A stretch of 64,000 nucleotides of DNA, taken from IMG/VR virus record IMGVR_UViG_3300020424_000652. One strand, given 5' to 3'. The stretch is from a virus. Position 1 is the stretch's first letter. Each line of letters starts with the position of its first letter. Positions 37,355 through 47,636 of this stretch are shown one piece after another. A model generated the notes under the pieces. The model ran no database searches, had not been told where the DNA came from, and saw only the letters and a program-made list of their open reading frames with translations. The translations under genes and the position numbers were made by a program.

Positions 37355-38229
37355 ACTAAAGTTAATCTATTGTCCGGTTGAGATGGTGCTACAATTTTAG
37401 TTTCGTAAAAAAACATTTTCATCCAACGTTCATTCATCTTGTATACATTGAAGAATTCTTGTCTTATTTCATATGGCCTTGCCGCGTCTTGCAGTAGTTT
37501 CTTCCATTTATCAAATGCTTCACTTACTGCGGCATCAGTAGTATCTTTCCAGTCATGTTTAAAAACTTCTTTCAGGTAAGCATAATGTTCAAAAGGATTA
37601 GGATGTCCATCTTTGAAATATCTGTTTATTAATTTAGAATCTTGTTTAAATTTTTTCTTTAGTTGATTGCTGTATAAAACATCATAGAAGCTGGGTATTA
37701 GATTCTCTAATGTTTCATGATACAATGCGTGTAACTTATTAAGTTCAATATCTTCTTTCTTAGTTTCCAGATCCCATTGATCTTTAAATGCTGTAATATC
37801 CAACATTTGTAAAAAGTGCCATTGTGTTTTATGTTTAAGCATTTCATGAGCCGCCTTTATAAAAGCATAGTCACGCAAAGATGCACCATACTCTGTAAAG
37901 TATTTGCGTACAAATTCTAAATCATATGTTGTTTGTGAATATATGTTTCCAGGCGTAAGCCATTCATCTGTGTATCTATCTTCTCTGCTTACATTAGTCC
38001 ATTGTACCATAACTAGATCTTCATGTGTAAAATTATACATGGCATCTGCCTGCATTAGTGAATTAAATATGTAATGATTACCTGCACCTGCTCTGCCAAA
38101 GTTGTAAAATTCAATTGGCTCTAATTCTTTCGCAAGTACGTTTGCCCATGTGCCCCAGTTGTATCCTGTGAAGCTACAACCAAATGTAAACAATCGTTTG
38201 GGCTGATTATGTATTAATACTTTTTTCAT
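37351..38229 (-). CDS. SGNH/GDSL-fold protein
   Basis: FTFGCSFT, NFGRAGAGN, VQWT and DGHP motifs. Confidence 0.6.
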   Translation of the reverse strand: MKKVLIHNQPKRLFTFGCSFTGYNWGTWANVLAKELEPIEFYNFGRAGAGNHYIFNSLMQADAMYNFTHEDLVMVQWTNVSREDRYTDEWLTPGNIYSQTTYDLEFVRKYFTEYGASLRDYAFIKAAHEMLKHKTQWHFLQMLDITAFKDQWDLETKKEDIELNKLHALYHETLENLIPSFYDVLYSNQLKKKFKQDSKLINRYFKDGHPNPFEHYAYLKEVFKHDWKDTTDAAVSEAFDKWKKLLQDAARPYEIRQEFFNVYKMNERWMKMFFYETKIVAPSQPDNRLTLV

Positions 38230-39496
38230 CTGCTAACTTTCTCATTAAACATACTGCTTGTTTGAATTGTTTTTTCTTGTACTTACCTTTTAACATAACT
38301 TCAAAATTGTGTTTAAGGACATCTGAATTTTGAAATTTCCAATTGATTTGTCTATCTAAAGGCATCTTCCTTATATTATCAATTATGCCTTGGCATTGTG
38401 TCCATAATGCTCTCCATCTTTTTGTGTTGTCTTTTATGTCATCAAAACTTAAATTAAACCAATCCTTGTAAGTACGATAACCATAATCATTTAGTTTTTG
38501 ATTTGCTCCTGGCTGTCCCCATATCACAAAAGGTTGCATATGGTACATACTTCTAAAAGTCTTTTCACTCCAGAACAAACTAGTACCTAAGTAATCTTCT
38601 ACAAACGTTTCGTTTACTATTTGAAATAAAGTTGAATCATGCAAATTGCTGTGCAATCCAAGTGCATGATTAGTTTTAAAATCTTCTGTGTCAACTGTAA
38701 GTGGTAATGCTTTTTTAAATTTACCAAGATGCTTTTCTGTAATACCACTGTTCTTAGGCAAATTATTTGAGTAAAAATTAAGGTTGTCTGTAATTTGATC
38801 GTGGCTTACAAGTCCGTCTTTGAAATATTCACTGTTAAAAATATCATATGCACTTAAAGTTCTGTGAGGCCTATTAACTCTGCTTAGACTTAAAAATATT
38901 TTACCATACTTTTCATCTCTGTATAATTTTTTTGTTTGTTCTACACTGGTGTTAAATCTTTTATGAATTACATCAGCATAAGGAAAGTTTTTATCATTTA
39001 AAGGAATTGTAGATATTTCGACTTGTCCTTGTACCCCAAGTATCATAGGTTCAAAATTTAAGTATGGAAAAACATTAATACTTTTTTCTATTCTATGTAC
39101 CATATTGTATCTTGTTAAGTTTTCAACATCTTTCATATTACTGCTGAAAAAGAAAATTCTTTCAGGATCAACTCCATATATTTTTGCATTGTGGTACAGC
39201 ATATCATAATATGGTTCTTGGTGTATTGTGCTGAATCCTTCTGTACTTGCATCAAACACAAAAAAAGTTTTTTTATTCTTACGTAATTTTTTACGAGCTT
39301 TTGGTTTAATATATTGGAATATATCAGTGGTTGTTGTCCATTGTTTTGGATATGAAATTAGCACACACATCACTGTAATATCGTCACTAGGTATTTGGTT
39401 TAGGACAAATGCTTCGCGTAAATTAACAGTCGTAAGAGTAAATGTAGGTTCTACTACATATTGGTTCTGTGTTAGAAAGCCGTGAATGTGTTCCAT
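38207..39496 (-). CDS. Putative glycosyltransferase with a GT10-like C-terminal motif
   Basis: FLSLSRVNRPHR...FQIVNET...FWSEKTFRSM...QPFVIWG resembles the fucosyltransferase EN...TEK...P...G motif. Confidence 0.45.
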   Translation of the reverse strand: MEHIHGFLTQNQYVVEPTFTLTTVNLREAFVLNQIPSDDITVMCVLISYPKQWTTTTDIFQYIKPKARKKLRKNKKTFFVFDASTEGFSTIHQEPYYDMLYHNAKIYGVDPERIFFFSSNMKDVENLTRYNMVHRIEKSINVFPYLNFEPMILGVQGQVEISTIPLNDKNFPYADVIHKRFNTSVEQTKKLYRDEKYGKIFLSLSRVNRPHRTLSAYDIFNSEYFKDGLVSHDQITDNLNFYSNNLPKNSGITEKHLGKFKKALPLTVDTEDFKTNHALGLHSNLHDSTLFQIVNETFVEDYLGTSLFWSEKTFRSMYHMQPFVIWGQPGANQKLNDYGYRTYKDWFNLSFDDIKDNTKRWRALWTQCQGIIDNIRKMPLDRQINWKFQNSDVLKHNFEVMLKGKYKKKQFKQAVCLMRKLADEKSINT

Positions 39497-39512
39497 AGTG
39501 TTTAATTTTCCA

Positions 39513-39532
39513 TAAATACTACTATATTTATA
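39513..39532. promoter_or_regulatory. Face-to-face late promoter pair for divergent genes
   Basis: TAAATA on + (39513-39518) and TATAAATA on - (39525-39532) in the 62-nt divergent gap. Confidence 0.6.
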
Positions 39533-39558
39533 TACGCATTTAATGGTAGGAGATTAGT

Positions 39559-40731
39559 GTGAAGATTAGTTTTTTAGGACTAGGTAAACTAGGTTTACCT
39601 TGTGCAGAAGCAGTTGCACAAAAAAATCATGATGTAACAGGTTATGATGTAGTAAATGTTAAAAGTGACCTTGTTGCAGTAAAACAAACAATCAGAGAAG
39701 CTGTACAGGATAGAGACATTGTCTTTGTTGCTGTACCAACACCACACCACCCTGACTATGATGGTCGTCAACCTACCGCACATCTAGAGCCAAAAGATTT
39801 TTCTTATGATATAGTTATTGATGTATTGCGTGAAGCCGACAGGCATATGAATAATAAACAATTATTAGTTTTAATATCAACAGTTTTACCTGGTACGACT
39901 AGACGTGAATTTGTACCATTAATAAAAAATGCAAGATTCATTTATAATCCTTATCTCATTGCTATGGGTACAGTGGCATGGGATATGGTCAACCCTGAGA
40001 TGGTAATGGTAGGCACTGAAGACGGAACCAAGACAGGTGATGCAAAACAATTAATTGACTTTTATGCAACAGTGATGGAAAATCACCCTAGGTATGAGGT
40101 AGGTACTTGGGACGAGTGCGAGTGTATTAAAATATTTTACAACACATTCATAAGCATGAAGATAGGATTTGTAAACATGATACAAGACGTTGCTGAAAAA
40201 CAAGGCAACATTGATGTTGATGTAGTGACAGAAGCACTTGCTTCTAGCAAACAAAGAATAATAAGCAAACGTTACATGACAGCAGGAATGGGCGATGGAG
40301 GTGCTTGTCACCCAAGGGACAATATTGCATTACGTTGGATGGCACAAAAATTAGATCTCAAGTATGATATATTTGATGCAATCATGAATGCAAGAGAAGT
40401 ACAAGCAAAAAATTTAGCTATGTATCTTGTAAAATTAGCTGAAGAGAATGATTTACCAATACTGTTAAATGGTGTTGCATACAAACCAGGAGTGCCATAT
40501 GTAGATGGTAGTTACAGTTTACTGGTTGGTCATTATTGTAAAGAATTAGGATATGACTGTATGAAAGTTGATCCTCATGTGTTTCCAGACACAGGCCCTT
40601 ATAGTGCGGTGGTGTTATTGGCACATGAAGAATTGTATTGTAAATTAAATGACGACAGCATCATTGTTGATCCATGGAGAAACTTCCAATCAAAAACATT
40701 TAAAGTAATTCATTACGGAAATACTAGATGA
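39559..40731 (+). CDS. ugd: UDP-glucose/GDP-mannose dehydrogenase family protein
   Basis: GLGKLG Rossmann motif, FVAVPTP, ISTVLPGT, KIFYN, catalytic GGACHPRD; AGGAG RBS and GTG start. Confidence 0.9.
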   Translation: MKISFLGLGKLGLPCAEAVAQKNHDVTGYDVVNVKSDLVAVKQTIREAVQDRDIVFVAVPTPHHPDYDGRQPTAHLEPKDFSYDIVIDVLREADRHMNNKQLLVLISTVLPGTTRREFVPLIKNARFIYNPYLIAMGTVAWDMVNPEMVMVGTEDGTKTGDAKQLIDFYATVMENHPRYEVGTWDECECIKIFYNTFISMKIGFVNMIQDVAEKQGNIDVDVVTEALASSKQRIISKRYMTAGMGDGGACHPRDNIALRWMAQKLDLKYDIFDAIMNAREVQAKNLAMYLVKLAEENDLPILLNGVAYKPGVPYVDGSYSLLVGHYCKELGYDCMKVDPHVFPDTGPYSAVVLLAHEELYCKLNDDSIIVDPWRNFQSKTFKVIHYGNTR

Positions 40732-41606
40732 GCAGAATATTAATATGTGGCGACAGTAATAGTCTGGGCGAATGGGGGACAGTGATTCCTGGACCAGCTG
40801 TGGCAAACAATGACAATCCAGAGATATTCAAACCATATAACAAAGAAGAATATTTAAAAGAACCTCATGCAAAACCTTTCAATGTAGTGTGGCCAGGGTT
40901 TGGTTATGAATTAGATCAAAAAGGTCATGCAACAGTAAATTATAGCATAGGCGGTGGAACTAATATTGAGGCAATATTCAAAGTTGAAGAAGCACTAGGA
41001 CTTGCTCCACCATTTACCAGTCCTGTATTTTACAGCCCTGATGTCATAATACTGATGCTGACTGAGCCTATACGAGATTTGACTCCACCACGTTGGCCTC
41101 CAGAAGCAGGTTTAAAAGACTTAGAAAAATATTACGTGCAAAGAGATGAAGCTGTAAAACAAGCAACAAGTATAAAAGATTTAAATGATAGATTGTTAAA
41201 AATAATTTTTGATGGAGCTCAAAAAATATACAACGAAACAAACATTCCTTGGATAATAATTGAAGGTTGGGGAAAATGTCCTGCTATTGACGACTACACT
41301 TTCATAAAATATATCCACAAAGATTGGATGTCTAAATTACTAGGACATGAGATACCATTAATGAGCAGTTGGCCAACTGTTAATTTATTACGCAGAGCAA
41401 GACCAGATCTTGCAGATGCTAGTGCAACAAAATTTTTACAAAAACATTTACCTATAGAGCAAAAGGAAACAGAATTTAAAAAAATAGTTGACGATTATGA
41501 ACGCACAATAAACACCATGCAGGAACACAAACAGTTTCCAGACAACTGTCATCCTGATAGATTCATACATCAACAACTTGCTAAAGAATTGGAACCTTAT
41601 GTATGA
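40728..41606 (+). CDS. SGNH/GDSL-fold protein
   Basis: LICGDSNS, NYSIGGGTN, PDVII and C-terminal NCHP. Confidence 0.6.
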   Translation: MSRILICGDSNSLGEWGTVIPGPAVANNDNPEIFKPYNKEEYLKEPHAKPFNVVWPGFGYELDQKGHATVNYSIGGGTNIEAIFKVEEALGLAPPFTSPVFYSPDVIILMLTEPIRDLTPPRWPPEAGLKDLEKYYVQRDEAVKQATSIKDLNDRLLKIIFDGAQKIYNETNIPWIIIEGWGKCPAIDDYTFIKYIHKDWMSKLLGHEIPLMSSWPTVNLLRRARPDLADASATKFLQKHLPIEQKETEFKKIVDDYERTINTMQEHKQFPDNCHPDRFIHQQLAKELEPYV

Positions 41607-42282
41607 TATATGTTTCATAAGTTATAACGAACCTGACGCAGAGGAAAGATACGAAAAGCTATCTAAACGTTTCCCTAGAATAAAAAGGGTACACGGCGTC
41701 AAAGGTATTCATCAAGCTCACATCACTGCCGCAAAGAAATGCTCAACAAAAATGTTTTGGGTCATAGATGGTGATGCTGACTTGTTACCCGAATTCAATT
41801 TGGATCATGTTGTAAACGAATATGATTTAGATTGTGTCCATGTGTGGCGTAGCCGAAATCCTATCAACGATTTAGTCTATGGTTATGGTGGCGTAAAACT
41901 CCTACCAAGACGACTAACCATGAACGTAGATGTAAACAGCAGTGATATGACTACTTCAATATCAGATAGGTTCAAGGCTATGCCAGACGTGAGTAACGTT
42001 ACTTGTTTTAACACAGATGAATTTAGCACTTGGAAAAGTGCATTCAGAGAATGTGCAAAATTAAGTAGCAAAACAATTAACAGACAAGAAGAAGGAGAAA
42101 CAAATGAAAGACTTAAAATATGGACCACTAGAGCTAATGGAAGATTTTGTGAATTTGCGATTCGAGGTGCTAATGCTGGTATGGAGTTTGGCCTTTCTGA
42201 TGGGGTTGACCTTCGGCTAATAAATGACTTTGACTGGTTACGTCAACGTTTTCATATGGATGAAATGAATGATACCATTTAA
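41599..42282 (+). CDS. GT2-like glycosyltransferase (paralogue of 33006)
   Basis: ICFISYNEP...RVHGVKGIHQAH...FWVIDGD...YGYGGVKL...WKSAFRE; start reassigned to ATG 41599. Confidence 0.7.
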   Translation: MYDICFISYNEPDAEERYEKLSKRFPRIKRVHGVKGIHQAHITAAKKCSTKMFWVIDGDADLLPEFNLDHVVNEYDLDCVHVWRSRNPINDLVYGYGGVKLLPRRLTMNVDVNSSDMTTSISDRFKAMPDVSNVTCFNTDEFSTWKSAFRECAKLSSKTINRQEEGETNERLKIWTTRANGRFCEFAIRGANAGMEFGLSDGVDLRLINDFDWLRQRFHMDEMNDTI

Positions 42283-43231
42283 AAGGATTCAGAAACTAGG
42301 ACATACTAATATGTTAAACAAGAAGTTGTTTAATGTAAGCTGGATCCTTGGACGTTTTTGTAATTATGATTGCAGTTATTGTTGGCCCTATGCAAGAAGT
42401 AAAACACTTGATCATAGACCCTTTGAAGTTTACACAAGAACAATAGATGAAATAAAACGTCAAGCAAAAGCAAATGGATTTGACCAGTTTCATTTTAGTT
42501 TTAGTGGAGGCGAACCAACTACATACAAAAAATTTATAGATCTAGTTAATCACTATGAGGACTTTGAAAGTGAATATCTAAGCATACACATGACAAGTAA
42601 TTGTAGTCCGGGTAAGCGTTGGTGGAAACGCTGGCTTGATGCAACACATTATCTAGATAGAAGAAGCATCACTGCAAGTTTTCATGCAGAATTTGCCGAT
42701 GAAAAAGAATTTGGTGATAAACTTTTATATTTACAGGACAACGATGTCCTTGTAACAATCAATCAGGTAATGGTGCCTGAACACTGGGAGGAATATTATG
42801 AACGAAGTAAACGTTTTGGTGATAGGGGCCTTCACGTTACACTCAAGCCTCAGTCTGATCCTACTGCTAGTTTTGTCGTGGGTGGTTATACGGAAGAGCA
42901 AAAAAACATATTGCAACAGGACAATCAACAAACCACACCGCAAATCATCTTGCAAGATGATAATGGAATAGAGTATTGGATTGATCAAGCAGAAAGATTA
43001 AATGCTTATGGCTTCAATAAATTTAAAGATTGGAACTGTTGGGCAGGTTATCAAAGTTGTATAATACGAGAACCAGGCGGTGAAGTTAAACGTGCATATA
43101 GTTGCCATGATGAGCCTTTAGGCACGTTAGACGACGGATTTGAGCTGTTTAAAGCACCAATGCCGTGCGTTACTCCGACCTGTGTAAGTAGTGCTGATAG
43201 CAAGATACCAAAGGAGAGAGTCAATGTATAA
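42269..43231 (+). CDS. Radical SAM enzyme with C-terminal Twitch-like domain (rSAM 3)
   Basis: CNYDCSYC, SGGEP; C-terminal CWAG...RAYSC...C...C. Confidence 0.9.
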   Translation: MIPFKRIQKLGHTNMLNKKLFNVSWILGRFCNYDCSYCWPYARSKTLDHRPFEVYTRTIDEIKRQAKANGFDQFHFSFSGGEPTTYKKFIDLVNHYEDFESEYLSIHMTSNCSPGKRWWKRWLDATHYLDRRSITASFHAEFADEKEFGDKLLYLQDNDVLVTINQVMVPEHWEEYYERSKRFGDRGLHVTLKPQSDPTASFVVGGYTEEQKNILQQDNQQTTPQIILQDDNGIEYWIDQAERLNAYGFNKFKDWNCWAGYQSCIIREPGGEVKRAYSCHDEPLGTLDDGFELFKAPMPCVTPTCVSSADSKIPKERVNV

Positions 43232-43775
43232 AATGGTTGAATGGAATGAAACTTTGGATTTGGAAGAATTTTATCAGGAAGCAGAAAGAAGGGGTCATAG
43301 GAACAATGCAAATCAAAAATCTATGATTGATTGTTTTAAAAATGAAGACAAATGGAATGCGTGGATATTGTACAAACATGAAAAAGCTATTGGTAGTGTT
43401 GTTGCACATACATTTCCTGAAATGAATGGATATAGAATACTTGCAAGAACCTGTGTGTTGGATGGAGTGCGTGACGGAAAAGGATTAGGAACTGGTAGAA
43501 GATACATAGTTGAACATCAAAATTTAACAAGTCAATATTTTGTTCCGACTTGTATAGAGTGGTGTGGTGTAGATTCAGATATGTATGTAACCAGCAACAA
43601 CGAAGAAGCAGGTTCACAGAGGTTAGTAAATAAAATATACTTTCCTTTGTTAGAAAAGCAAGGTGAATTTAGTAAAGTAAAGGAAATAAATTATAGAAAC
43701 ACAGAACAGATTGTTTGGAAACTAAACGCACATAAGTTTTTAGAAAATTTAAGAAAGTACCCATGTATAAAATAG
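43224..43775 (+). CDS. GNAT-fold acyltransferase-like protein
   Basis: IGSVVAH...RILARTCVLDGVRDGKGLG resembles the acetyl-CoA-binding motif A; AAGGAG RBS before ATG 43224. Confidence 0.55.
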   Translation: MYKMVEWNETLDLEEFYQEAERRGHRNNANQKSMIDCFKNEDKWNAWILYKHEKAIGSVVAHTFPEMNGYRILARTCVLDGVRDGKGLGTGRRYIVEHQNLTSQYFVPTCIEWCGVDSDMYVTSNNEEAGSQRLVNKIYFPLLEKQGEFSKVKEINYRNTEQIVWKLNAHKFLENLRKYPCIK

Positions 43776-44755
43776 AAGATATCAAAGCAATACATTTAGA
43801 AGTCACAAGTAGGTGTCAAGCAAAGTGTCCTATGTGTGCAAGACGTATCAATGGAGGTCCTTTGAATCCTTTTATGGGGTTAGATGAAATAACCATAGAC
43901 AAATTTATGGAATGGTTTCCAATAGACTTTATAAAACAACTTAATCATCTTGCAATATGTGGTAACTTGGGTGATCCTATTGTTGCAAAAGATACTTTGC
44001 CTATATACGAATATTTGAGAGAAGCAAATCCTACCATGACTTTACAAATGCACACAAACGGAAGTGGTAGAACTAAAGAGTGGTGGCAAAAAATTGCAAA
44101 ACTAGGAGTACAAACTGTTTTTGCAATAGATGGACTAGCAGATACTCATGCCAAGTATAGAATAAACACTGATTGGAAAAAAATAATTGACAATGTAATG
44201 ACTTTTGTTGATGCTGGTGGAAAAGCAAGATGGGATATGCTAGTGTTCCAACACAATGAACATCAAGTTGAAGAGTGTAGAACTTTATCGCAAAGATTAG
44301 GTATGGAAAGTTTCACTATAAAACACACAACACGTTTTAAAGATGGTAAGTTTGATGTTCTTAATGAACAAGGACAAACAATAGATACATTATATCCAAC
44401 AGAATTAAGTAAAAAGATGATGGGCAAGGTTAAAAAAGCATCTGCTGAACAGCTACCTACAATAAAATGCAAAGCAGTGAAGGATAGTATGCTGTATGTA
44501 AGTGCTTTAGGTAGTGTAACTCCTTGTTGTTGGTTAGATCAGCAGTTTTATCCGCATACACATGAGAATAGAATAGATTACATGAACAAAATTAAGGTTT
44601 GGCCTAACTTAAATAATACTACTATGAAAGATATATTTGCAAGTGGCTACTTTGACCTTATAGCTGGTTGTTGGAATACAACAGGCTTAAAAGAATGTTC
44701 AAAACAATGTGGCAGTTTTGACAAATTAAATGAACAATTCGTAGAAAGGACGTAA
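43763..44755 (+). CDS. Radical SAM enzyme with C-terminal SPASM/Twitch domain (rSAM 4)
   Basis: CQAKCPMC, GNLGDP, HTNG, FAIDG; C-terminal CK...GSVTPCC...CSKQC. Confidence 0.9.
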   Translation: MYKIEDIKAIHLEVTSRCQAKCPMCARRINGGPLNPFMGLDEITIDKFMEWFPIDFIKQLNHLAICGNLGDPIVAKDTLPIYEYLREANPTMTLQMHTNGSGRTKEWWQKIAKLGVQTVFAIDGLADTHAKYRINTDWKKIIDNVMTFVDAGGKARWDMLVFQHNEHQVEECRTLSQRLGMESFTIKHTTRFKDGKFDVLNEQGQTIDTLYPTELSKKMMGKVKKASAEQLPTIKCKAVKDSMLYVSALGSVTPCCWLDQQFYPHTHENRIDYMNKIKVWPNLNNTTMKDIFASGYFDLIAGCWNTTGLKECSKQCGSFDKLNEQFVERT

Positions 44756-44756
44756 A

Positions 44757-45047
44757 ATGATATTTTGGATAGGCTTTACAGTGATGGTGTTGAATGAAGG
44801 ATTTGTAATAATGCGTCATGTACACCCTTGGTTTGCTAACAAAAGAGATCATCTAATTGCAACCTATGGTGCGAAGTGGAAGAAGTTTCACGCAACACTT
44901 GATTACGTATGGATAGGTGGTGTCAGTCTAGGAATCATGATAGATATTGCTAATTGGAAATTATATGCAACAGTATTAGCAACCTTCTGGAGTGTAGTTG
45001 CAGTATGCGTTTACTTACCACTGTTAATTAAGAAACTTAAAAAATGA
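44757..45047 (+). CDS. Small membrane protein
   Basis: 96 aa with about three hydrophobic segments; AAGGA RBS. Confidence 0.55.
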   Translation: MIFWIGFTVMVLNEGFVIMRHVHPWFANKRDHLIATYGAKWKKFHATLDYVWIGGVSLGIMIDIANWKLYATVLATFWSVVAVCVYLPLLIKKLKK

Positions 45048-45781
45048 AAAAGAAAACCCTTGCATACATAATTGGTGGTGAAGCTAGATTGGTAGCAGAA
45101 ACATTTAGACAAGATGAAATATATCAACAGTTGTGCGAGAAGTACAAGGTGCATACGTATATCCACAGTTGGACACAGCTTGGTAGATGGACCAAAGCCA
45201 ATGAAAAGTATCGCTTTGGTACAAGACCAGAAACTTCAAAGTTTTATCCGCCTGATTTTGAGATAGTAAAAAATTACAGGGAAGTTATCATGGAAGAGTA
45301 TAGCATATACAATCCTAGGTTTATTGAAGTTGAAGATTATGATACATCTTTCAATGTTGAAAACTTTCCTTGTGGACAATATATTAGCAGGGCAAAAGCA
45401 TTTAGAAGCATAGCTGGATTTAATTTAAAGAACGCAGAAAAATACGATTACGTTTGGTTAGGAAGATCTGATGCGGCGGGCAAAGGTCAGTTGCCAGAGT
45501 TTCAAAAAGGCAAAATACATTGTCCTGAAATAAGTTTTGATGACAACATTTTTAGAGCAGAAGATTGGTATTATGCAGGACCATATGATATGTTTAAAAA
45601 TTTAGTTGTATGGGCAGATGATCCTATTACATCAATACAATCGATAATAAACAATCCTTGGATTATGGAATTAGGAGATAGAGTAAAGAATACACACGTT
45701 TGGCAAGCCATACTTACTGGTGATGCAGGAGAAAATATTTTTTTAAGAGATGAAATAAAATGGAAACTGTTAACTTACTAA
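45044..45781 (+). CDS. Hypothetical protein, possibly glycosyltransferase-related
   Basis: GGEAR...VHTYIHSW...YDYVWLGRSD...DWYYAG pattern, as seen in polysaccharide-locus hypotheticals. Confidence 0.4.
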   Translation: MKKKTLAYIIGGEARLVAETFRQDEIYQQLCEKYKVHTYIHSWTQLGRWTKANEKYRFGTRPETSKFYPPDFEIVKNYREVIMEEYSIYNPRFIEVEDYDTSFNVENFPCGQYISRAKAFRSIAGFNLKNAEKYDYVWLGRSDAAGKGQLPEFQKGKIHCPEISFDDNIFRAEDWYYAGPYDMFKNLVVWADDPITSIQSIINNPWIMELGDRVKNTHVWQAILTGDAGENIFLRDEIKWKLLTY

Positions 45782-46344
45782 TACTTGATTACGATGGCAC
45801 ACTTGCAGATTGCAAGGAACTGCATCAACAGGCTTTTAGAAAGGCTTGTATGAAAGTGAATAACGCAATACGTTATACTGACGAAGAAGTAGAAGGAATG
45901 CCTACCTTTGTTAAGATTGATTATTTGAAAGCAAAAGGATATCAGTTTGACGAAACACTATTAATGGATCTTAAACAAGAATATACAATGAATGATATTA
46001 GCAAATATGTTAAGTTTGACCAAGAACTAAAAGATATATTTGTTAGATTAAGCAAAAAATATAGACTTGCAGTTTGTTCAAATGCTACTCGTAAATTTGT
46101 AGATAAAAGTTTAGCAATACAAAAGTTAGATATGTTTGAGCCTGTGTGTACAGCAACAGAACACAAACCTAAACCAGAAGTTGATATGTATTACAATGCC
46201 ATGTATCATTACGGAGTATCGCCAATGCAAACAGTAATATTTGAAGATAGTCCACTAGGAATACAAGCGGCAACTTCAACCACGGCTACTGTAAAGCAAG
46301 TTAAAAATGTAGAACATTTAAAGGGGTTGTTAAATGAGTATTAA
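45760..46344 (+). CDS. HAD-family phosphatase (beta-PGM/CbbY-like)
   Basis: DYDGT motif I, VCSN motif II, KPKP motif III, FEDS motif IV. Confidence 0.9.
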   Translation: METVNLLILDYDGTLADCKELHQQAFRKACMKVNNAIRYTDEEVEGMPTFVKIDYLKAKGYQFDETLLMDLKQEYTMNDISKYVKFDQELKDIFVRLSKKYRLAVCSNATRKFVDKSLAIQKLDMFEPVCTATEHKPKPEVDMYYNAMYHYGVSPMQTVIFEDSPLGIQAATSTTATVKQVKNVEHLKGLLNEY

Positions 46345-47038
46345 GTTAATAATGCCTATGGCAGGTGATGGAAACAGGTTCAAAGAAAAAGGATATGATA
46401 TACCCAAGCCTTTGGTTCCTGTAAAAGGTATACCAATGTTTCAATATGCTGAACAACAGATAGGTATTGACTTTGATGAACGTATTTTTATAGTGCGTAA
46501 GGATCATAACATCACTGACAAAATAAAAGATTTATATTCTAATGCAACAGTCATAGAGCTGGACCAACTTACAGAAGGAACTGCTTGTACACTTTACAAA
46601 GCCAAAGAACTATTCGCTGAGGGGGATAGTGTGTTTGTTAGCAACTGTGATCAAAGTGTTGCATGGGATAGCAACAAGGTTAGAACAATCATAGACAATG
46701 GCATAGACGGACTTATAGCAACCTTTACGTGTCCAGATAAAAATCCTAAATGGAGTTATGCAAAAACAGTTGCAGACAAAGTTGTAGAGGTTGCAGAAAA
46801 GAAAGCAATATCAGACAGAGCAACAGTAGGATATTATTATTGGCGTGATGCAAAACAAATGTTTAGAAACATAGATCAAATGATTGAAGCTAATGATAGG
46901 GTCAACAATGAATTTTACACTTGCCCTGTGTATAATTACACTATAAAGGAAGGTGCAAATGTGTGTGCATTTGATGTTGTTTCAATGCAAGGTATTGGGA
47001 CACCAGAAGATCTAGAAAGTTACATAAATGAAAATTGA
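46334..47038 (+). CDS. Sugar-phosphate nucleotidyltransferase (NTP_transferase family)
   Basis: MPMAGDGNRF...PKPL, TEGTA, NCD, EKK, GYYYW, GTPEDL. Confidence 0.85.
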   Translation: MSIKLIMPMAGDGNRFKEKGYDIPKPLVPVKGIPMFQYAEQQIGIDFDERIFIVRKDHNITDKIKDLYSNATVIELDQLTEGTACTLYKAKELFAEGDSVFVSNCDQSVAWDSNKVRTIIDNGIDGLIATFTCPDKNPKWSYAKTVADKVVEVAEKKAISDRATVGYYYWRDAKQMFRNIDQMIEANDRVNNEFYTCPVYNYTIKEGANVCAFDVVSMQGIGTPEDLESYINEN

Positions 47039-47636
47039 TATTAATGACATAAAATTTTGGATGGATGCAATCCGCAACAGTGATGATAGAGATCGCACAC
47101 TTGAAACTTTTTGGGGAGGGCAAATCAAAAGCAAGTTGTGGTTAATAGAACAACTTGAGAAACACAAAGCAATTAGAAACGCAGAATGTATCATACACGG
47201 AGGTTGGAATGGATTGTTGGCTTGTATGATATTCAATAGTGAACTTGGAATAAAACATATCACTAGCATAGACATAGATCCTAAATGTAAAGAAATTGCA
47301 TCAACAATGAATAAACGTTATGAGATGGAAGGTAAATTTGAATCTGTTACAGCAGATATGTGTGAATATGAATACAAAACTAATCCTTATTTTGTAATCA
47401 ATACAAGTTGTGAACACATAACACAGGAACAATATAACAAGTGGTTAGATAAAGTGCCAGGTGATGCACAGATTGTTTTACAAAGCAACAATTATTTCGA
47501 ACTAGAAGAACACGTGAATTGTATGAAAAGTCTTGCAGATTTTGAAAGAAAAAGTAAATTAAAAGTTTCTGAAAAGATGGAACTAGAATTACCTAAGTAC
47601 ACAAGATATATGTTAATAGGAAGGAAAGATGACTAA
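47028..47636 (+). CDS. Class I SAM-dependent methyltransferase
   Basis: IHGGWNG motif I, SIDIDP motif II, TADM, INTSCEH. Confidence 0.7.
   Translation: MKIDINDIKFWMDAIRNSDDRDRTLETFWGGQIKSKLWLIEQLEKHKAIRNAECIIHGGWNGLLACMIFNSELGIKHITSIDIDPKCKEIASTMNKRYEMEGKFESVTADMCEYEYKTNPYFVINTSCEHITQEQYNKWLDKVPGDAQIVLQSNNYFELEEHVNCMKSLADFERKSKLKVSEKMELELPKYTRYMLIGRKDD

Noticed and set aside
39502-39513. Minus-strand ATG GAA AAT TAA mini-ORF upstream of the GT10-like gene
   Set aside because: Three codons with no support; likely incidental to the promoter/RBS sequence.
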